Positions 62,562 through 64,000 of a stretch of DNA of 64,000 bases are shown here, in pieces; the first letter of the stretch is position 1; each line of letters begins with the position of its first letter. Origin of the DNA: Macrostomum hystrix. Its lineage: Eukaryota; Animalia; Platyhelminthes. The position numbers and the translations under genes are program-made. The notes beneath the pieces were generated by a model. That model did not search any database, had not been told where the DNA came from, and saw only the letters and a program-made list of their open reading frames with translations. The stretch is taken from positions 18,104,001-18,168,000 of the forward strand of contig CATNEN010000001.1 of the NCBI GenBank assembly GCA_950097015.1, given 5' to 3'.

Positions 62562-64000
62562 GGTCGCTCAAAAAAGCATCTAAAAGTGCGAGTAAACGGA
62601 CGCACTACATTGCTCAAAAGTTTACGGAAGTCCTCATCTAAAAATTTGACACCGACACAGTTACTACAGGGCATTTCTGCGGCTGCGAGCAACTTTCATA
62701 ATAATGAGAATGATGGCCCTTCCGTTTCTGATAACCCAGGAGATATGCCGATTGACTGGGAGAATGTCACTCCACAGAGTCGACCGGAACTTCTGGCGTC
62801 TTTTCTAAAGGCAGCAAAAGCTGGCTCGTGTGCGTACTGTTCGGAACCAGGCAGTATTTATTTTGCTCAATGTGCGGCTTTTTTCTGCGAACTTTGTGCT
62901 GAAATTCGCCATACAGGGCTTGTACATACTTTATCACAGGCGAGTGTATTTTTTGCGTTTGATTATAAAAGTGCATCTGTAGTTGTGTTTCAGCGTATAA
63001 CTCAATCTCAAGAAGAGATAATTCAATTGCGATATTGATTCAAATTTCAGAATGGAGTTGTCCTCCGTCGAGAACTCAGATTTACTTGTGGCTGCACTCC
63101 TGGCTCAACGGTGAAAGTTAAACTTGTAGATGCCTATAGAGGTCAGTTTTTGTCCACACTTTACTCCTTTTGTTTCTGTCGTATTAATTAATAAACTTCC
63201 TCTTTGCTTCCTTCTAGGCTATCATGCGGCACTGATTAGTGAGTGCGATGATCAACACTGTCGGGAGTTTCTTGTGGCTCAAAACTTTTTCCCTTTATCC
63301 GACAACTGCACTAACTATATCTGTTTCGAGCTTCTGAACACCTTAGACTCGATAATGATCAATGGAATTACGTCTCTGTCAAAGGCTTGTGCTGTCGTTC
63401 AGAATCGAAGATTGGCTTTTGGCTTTTTCCCTGAGGTAGGATCAAAATTTCACGCTAGTGTTAGAATCTTGAGATCTTTTGGTTCTGTTGGATTGAAGTG
63501 TGAATCTTCCGGTATTATCGGGAGACTTTGCAGTTACACAAAGAATTAAATCTTGAAATTCTTGCAAAATACCATCCATTGCAGCGAGACCTATATGAAA
63601 GCATTCTGCGCAATAACACAATCGGCCTTTACCGGGAATTCGTAGCCGAAATCGCGAATTACCCGACCGCTTGCTCACTCTGCCAATCGCCTGATTTGGT
63701 AATACAACATTTGTGTGATAAACAAAAGAAATTCTTCACCGCTTTTATGCATGATACTTTTTCGCACAGGGACCGATATTACACGGCGATGCATTGATGG
63801 GATGGCGACGTAGAGCTGCAGTCTGTGAAAGTCTTGCGCAGGTGCCTGTGCAAGGGGAACTTCCTTTTCCCTTTGTGCGCGTTGATCCATCTGCCCAAAT
63901 CGTTGCTCCTACACATGGCGCTTGTCCAAACTGGGCTGCAGGGGAGCTATCAAGAGCGTGTCGCTCAACCTCAAAGTTTGATATTACAGGCTTCTTCATT
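62562..64000 (+). CDS. B-box + CxC + KDZ (Kyakuja-Dileera-Zisupton) transposase, multi-exon, running off the window end; possibly one frameshift near 63500
   Basis: Approximate exons 62562-62939, 63051-63141, 63218-63435, 63500-63698 and 63769-end. B-box CAYC..CAAFFCELC..RH..H; FLVAQNFFPLS; CSLC...LHGDA; CPNWAAG...SKFDITGFF resembles the KDZ DG / C-W-AA / DxTG motifs. Confidence 0.72.

Overview
This is repeat-dense, intron-containing animal genomic DNA, probably from an invertebrate. The SINE families give me the impression of a flatworm such as Macrostomum, but I cannot verify that. Almost the whole window is nested mobile DNA, and I found no ordinary host gene, CRISPR array or rRNA. The main element is a complete 23.1-kb CACTA/EnSpm DNA transposon (37007-60115; 30-bp TIRs, 2-bp CA target duplication). 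It encodes a transposase (one frameshift) and a DUF4806-type ORF2. It also carries intact spliced cargo genes for a PR-Set7/SETD8-like histone methyltransferase and an ETS transcription factor, plus two orphan genes. The SET protein has Phe at both active-site Tyr positions and a repeated LKIRL-type motif, and both the SET gene and one orphan are bracketed by duplicated promoter-like blocks. The CACTA sits inside a two-gene unit that occurs twice in tandem: a MULE-SWIM-USP gene and a divergently oriented B-box/KDZ transposase gene, probably with a C-terminal PWWP domain. Also present are (i) head-to-tail Helitron ends next to an STPR-repeat/OTU gene, (ii) a gypsy-type gag-protease element with a G_GGA_AAC -1 frameshift, no RT or integrase, an orphan ORF and an antisense 4-exon membrane-protein gene, (iii) a Tc1/IS630 element, LINE fragments, solo LTRs, SINEs and several minisatellites. 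All gene models were built by hand from GT-AG sites and phase compatibility, and no database searches were run.
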